64,000 nt of DNA from the human T2T-CHM13v2.0 reference genome, Homo sapiens, in the NCBI RefSeq assembly GCF_009914755.1, contig NC_060930.1, one strand, 5' to 3'. The notes beneath the pieces are model-generated. The model saw only the letters and a list, made by a program, of their open reading frames with translations, did not search any database and had not been told where the DNA came from. The first letter of the stretch is position 1. Each line of letters begins with the position of its first letter. Shown piece after piece: positions 60,061-64,000 of the stretch. Both the position numbers and the translations under genes were made by a program.

Positions 60061-61136
60061 AAATAACACACACACACACGTGATTTATGTAATATATTTG
60101 AATCAAAGGAAAAACAGTAGATCAGAGCAAAGAGGATTAAATGTGTTGGGCTAGGGTTGGGTTGGGAAGAAGGCAGATGGAGATTTTAAGTGGGTTGTCC
60201 TAGAAGACAGAGTATCACTGTTGGAAGTACTATGGTTGTCTTTAGGCTCTGTTTCTGTTTGGGGTGAGCTGCTAGGACCTGGTGTGGACGTTCTGGCATC
60301 TGGATAATGCAGGGCATATCCTAGCTTGCATGCTTCCTAGACAGGCCAGATAGTGAGGCAGTTACAACTATCTGCCATCTCTAGAGTCAGATGGCTTGGG
60401 TCTGAACTGGATTCTACCACTTATTGGTTCCATAAGTACTCACCATCACCATCATCTCCTCAAATAACATTAGCTTACATGGATGGTGAAAAGGGCTATG
60501 GCACATTTCCAAGACATAGTGGAATACATTTCTAATAATATAAAATAACAGCATTTGTATTAACCAATCACAATAATGTTTGTAAAAGATGATCTCCCTG
60601 GCACTGGGAAATTGCTTCATGGTTGTATAATAACATCTATTTACTCCACTGATTCCTTAGAGCTATGAGGCAATAACAAGTGTATGAGACAGTGGACATA
60701 TCAGAAATAGCCTTGGACAGAGACTAAGGAAACCTACTTTAATTCTTGGTTCTGCCACTAATTCTCTATGTGCTTCTAGCAAATCTCCTCACCTCTCTGG
60801 GCCTCAGCTTCTTTACTGTGAAATTGATGGGGGGAATTCATTCTGGTTTCTAATATTTCCTGGTTTTGTGATTTTTTTTTCTTGCACTGAATTGCAAATA
60901 AAACTGAGTCAAAAAGAATGATTAGAAAAAAGGAGATTTTTGTGTTTTATGTTTTCCATTAAAAATATTCCTCTGTGAAAGTTGAACAAAATATTCTTAA
61001 GTAATCAGTTCTACGTGAAACAAAGGAAGAAAACCTCTGCTGTTATAAACCAAAACTGGTGTTGGAATTGGAATGAGCTTGGGGAAGCACAGGCACCTCT
61101 GAATTATATTAAGATATTTCAAAGTCTTTCACTTAC

Positions 61137-61346
61137 CTGTCCACACTCATTACAGTCATGATGGCACTACAGGCAAATTGGTTACAAGTATCCAGGGATG
61201 TGATGATGGTGCAGAGAGGCCCCCCAAACACCCACTCTCCCCCTCGGGCCCATTGGTGAATAAGAAAAGGCATTCCAACTATGTGGACCAAATCAGCCAC
61301 AGCCAGGTTGCAGATATAGATGTCAGGGACTGTTTTTTTCCTGGAT
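61137..61346 (-). CDS. MCHR2: MCHR2 coding exon 2 of 5 (210 bp; ICL1-TM2-ECL1-TM3)
   Basis: Manual translation: tttcag|A TCC AGG AAA... = [71 protein letters not shown]|gtaagt. Contains TM2 NLAxAD, C3.25, D3.32 and the start of DRY. Not in the ORF track. Confidence 0.97.
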
Positions 61347-61537
61347 CTGAAAGAGATAGAGGAAACTGAGGATTGACATTGAATGTATACAGACTATTCG
61401 ATATATGCTACCTCATACAAATTTTTAATTGACATAATGCATTTTAAATGTTAAAGGAAAACCTATACAGATGCATAGAGGAAATGCCTAGTCTTGTGTG
61501 TATTTAAGCATTTTGAACTATTTATTTGATAACTTAC

Positions 61538-62065
61538 TGTGGTGGTTTAAAAATATGTCCACAAAATATTTGATATTCCTTTCAGTAGGTGGAGCCTAAT
61601 TCCCTCTGAGTGCTGACCTTATTAACTTGCTTCTAACAATGAGAATATGGCAGAAGTGCAGTGTGTGACTTTGAAATTAGGTCACAAAATTTTTGTGGGG
61701 CTTTCTCTTTGCTCTCTGTTGGATTGCTTTCCCTGGTGGTAGCCGGCTACCATCTTGTGAGGATACTCAAGCAACACTATGGAGAGGTCCATGTGGAGAG
61801 GAATTGGTTAACAACCAGTCAGCACCAGCTTTCCAGGTATGGGAATAAGCTACCTTGGAAGTAGATCCTCCAGCCGCAGCCAAGCCTTCAGATAACTGTA
61901 ACCCTGGAAGACAGCTTGACAGCAACTTTATGACAGATCATGAGCCAGAACCAACCAGCTAAGCTGCTCCTGAATCCATGACCATTGGACACACGTGAGA
62001 CAGTAAATGTTTATTGTTTCAAGCCACTATGTTTGGGGTAATTTTTTATGCAGCAACAAGTTATA
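61538..62065 (+). mobile_element. MaLR solo LTR (MLT1F-like)
   Basis: tgtggtggtttaaaaatatgtccacaaa...gagccagaaccaaccagctaagctgctcctgaatcc...aagccactatgtttggggtaatt. Confidence 0.8.
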
Positions 62066-64000
62066 CCAACTTTAAATACACTCAGGTAAAAGATTTAGTC
62101 TTTACTCATTCCTAGTATTTAAAACAGCTGAAGACTGAAAATAAATGATTTCTGTTGTCTAATGCATTTTTTTTCTTATTGCAGCTTAGGCCATTGTTAA
62201 GATTTCAACAATGACTTAGAAATATTCCAGTAAAATCTAACAAATAGCAAAGACTATTAATAAAGACCCTGAGATCCAGACAGTGAGAGTCATCTGAAAA
62301 GAGGGAGCTGGTAGATGGCACTGAGAATGATCTCATGTCTCCTGTGGGGAGCCGGGGGTGGGAGAAGTGAATTCAATGCTATCTAGAAGTGGCCTTCTCA
62401 TCAGCAGGTGAAATACATTTCTGAGAGCAGAAATTTAAAATTTAGTTGGTTCCTACTTCAAGGAGCTGGCACATTCAATAATAAGCAGGTATCATCTTTA
62501 TCTGGGAGATTCTGTTCATTAATTCAAAAAACATTTTATTGAGCACCAATTACATGGCAGGCATAATGTTGTGCTCTAAGGCTGTAAAGCTGAACTATGT
62601 ATAAACCCTGTCATCAAGGAGCTTATAGTCTAGACATGAATAAATAAATGATCACATCACAATTTGATGAGAGAAAACTAGAGACAAGTACAAGGACAAG
62701 AAGCACAAAGAAGGGGCCCCCTCCTCTTTCCTGGGAACTGTCAAGACAGGTTTATTGGCAGATGTGGACAAATAAGAATTTAAAGAGCATGTTAAGAACC
62801 AGTCCTAAGATTATGCCACAATTGCTAGTTTTTTCCTATTTCAGGGCTAGTGCTCTGCTGTTTGGAAGCTAGTGTGTGTCTTTATTATTCATTGGTTACA
62901 ACTTCTATAGCCTGTGAACTTCATTTCTCAGCTGTCAGATTCTCATGTGAAACATTAGACTGGGCGAGGCCATCTCTTCTCCAGGCCTTGGCAGCATCCA
63001 CTGTGTGGGGAAGTTACTGCCATGGAGTCCTTATTCAGCAACCATACTGTACGCATTGTTGCTGCCACTAAAAAAACAGGTTGGTTCCTTTCCCTCAGGA
63101 GCTTGGTGCCTCACACCAGAATGACCAAGAGGGAGAGGAGACATGAAGAAAAGATCATGTCAAACAAAAGACCAGCCAGCTGACTGTCCTTGGTCTCTCA
63201 TCCCCTGTCCTCTTCAGGTCATTAGACTGGGAAATGGAGAGGGGACAGGGAAGAGGGACAGATATTAGCAGTCAGATAGAAAGAGCTCCAAACTAAAAAA
63301 AAAAAAAAATCATAAATCTTAGTCTATAAATAGATGTTATTTTCATGTGAATTGGGATATAAACCATAAGCAGTTGCTTAGGTCTCAATTGCAGCAATTA
63401 GATCCATGGCCCTTGCTTTTCTCTAGAGGGGTACCCATCATTTACTGATAATGAATTATGGTAATTCTATTGTGGGAACAGTGCAGGCCATTAACTGGCA
63501 ATCAAAAAGAATTAAATAAAAGTGTGTCTAGATGATATTCTGTATAGTACAAAGAGAGTTCTGAAGCAACTGATAAATTTATCTGGACATAAGTTACTAG
63601 GGCAATATGAATAACACATTATATTTATTATTGTCTTCTTTACTGAAAGCAACAGCATCAAAATTAAAAACAATTAAATAGAAATTGTAAAATTTCTAAC
63701 TATATAAATTATATCCCTTTTTAGGTCTAATTTATCTTTAGATTTCCTGTTGTCAGACTTCATGGAATTTATATTTCTTACGATGTAAACATTTAATATA
63801 AAATACAAAGACTTGTGATAATTTTGGCTAACATGTGCTCCATATGGTTAACGTGGTCATATCTAATACTCATTAATTTGAGGAATGATAAAATAAATTA
63901 TGGTATTTCCACACTACCACACTCAATAGGATGTACCTGTAGTCATAGTTTGAAAGAATATTTAATCAGATGAGAAAATACTAATACTATTAAGTAAAAA

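Noticed and set aside
61347-64000. MCHR2 first coding exon, promoter or MCHR2-AS1
   Set aside because: No MNPFHASCWN/TM1 coding sequence or CpG island seen; these lie beyond the window.

Overview
Human genomic DNA containing the 3' two-thirds of MCHR2 (melanin-concentrating hormone receptor 2, a class A GPCR) on the minus strand. Human origin is shown by a human-specific L1HS-Ta insertion at 8563-8701, plus AluY and L1PA3 elements. Four coding exons were found: 61137-61346, 56325-56519, 47774-47893 and 34317-34632. All their splice sites in the window are GT/AG and together they encode residues 61-340; the first coding exon lies beyond 64000. The ORF track misses two of these exons. Positions 1-~31900 are downstream intergenic sequence, mostly L1, Alu, MaLR/ERVL LTR, L2 and MIR relics, and nearly all other short ORFs are spurious or repeat-derived. 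I see no new gene system. The best leads are retrotransposition events readable in the sequence: a young, probably polymorphic L1HS-Ta; a full-length ZNF93-site-bearing L1PA3 that apparently deleted ~140 bp of its target inside a TSD-bounded older L1; and a heavy load of sense-oriented intronic L1. An unexplained 40-bp-arm hairpin and an all-phase-2 exon structure are also noted. Repeat subfamily names are from recalled consensus sequences, and old-repeat boundaries are approximate.
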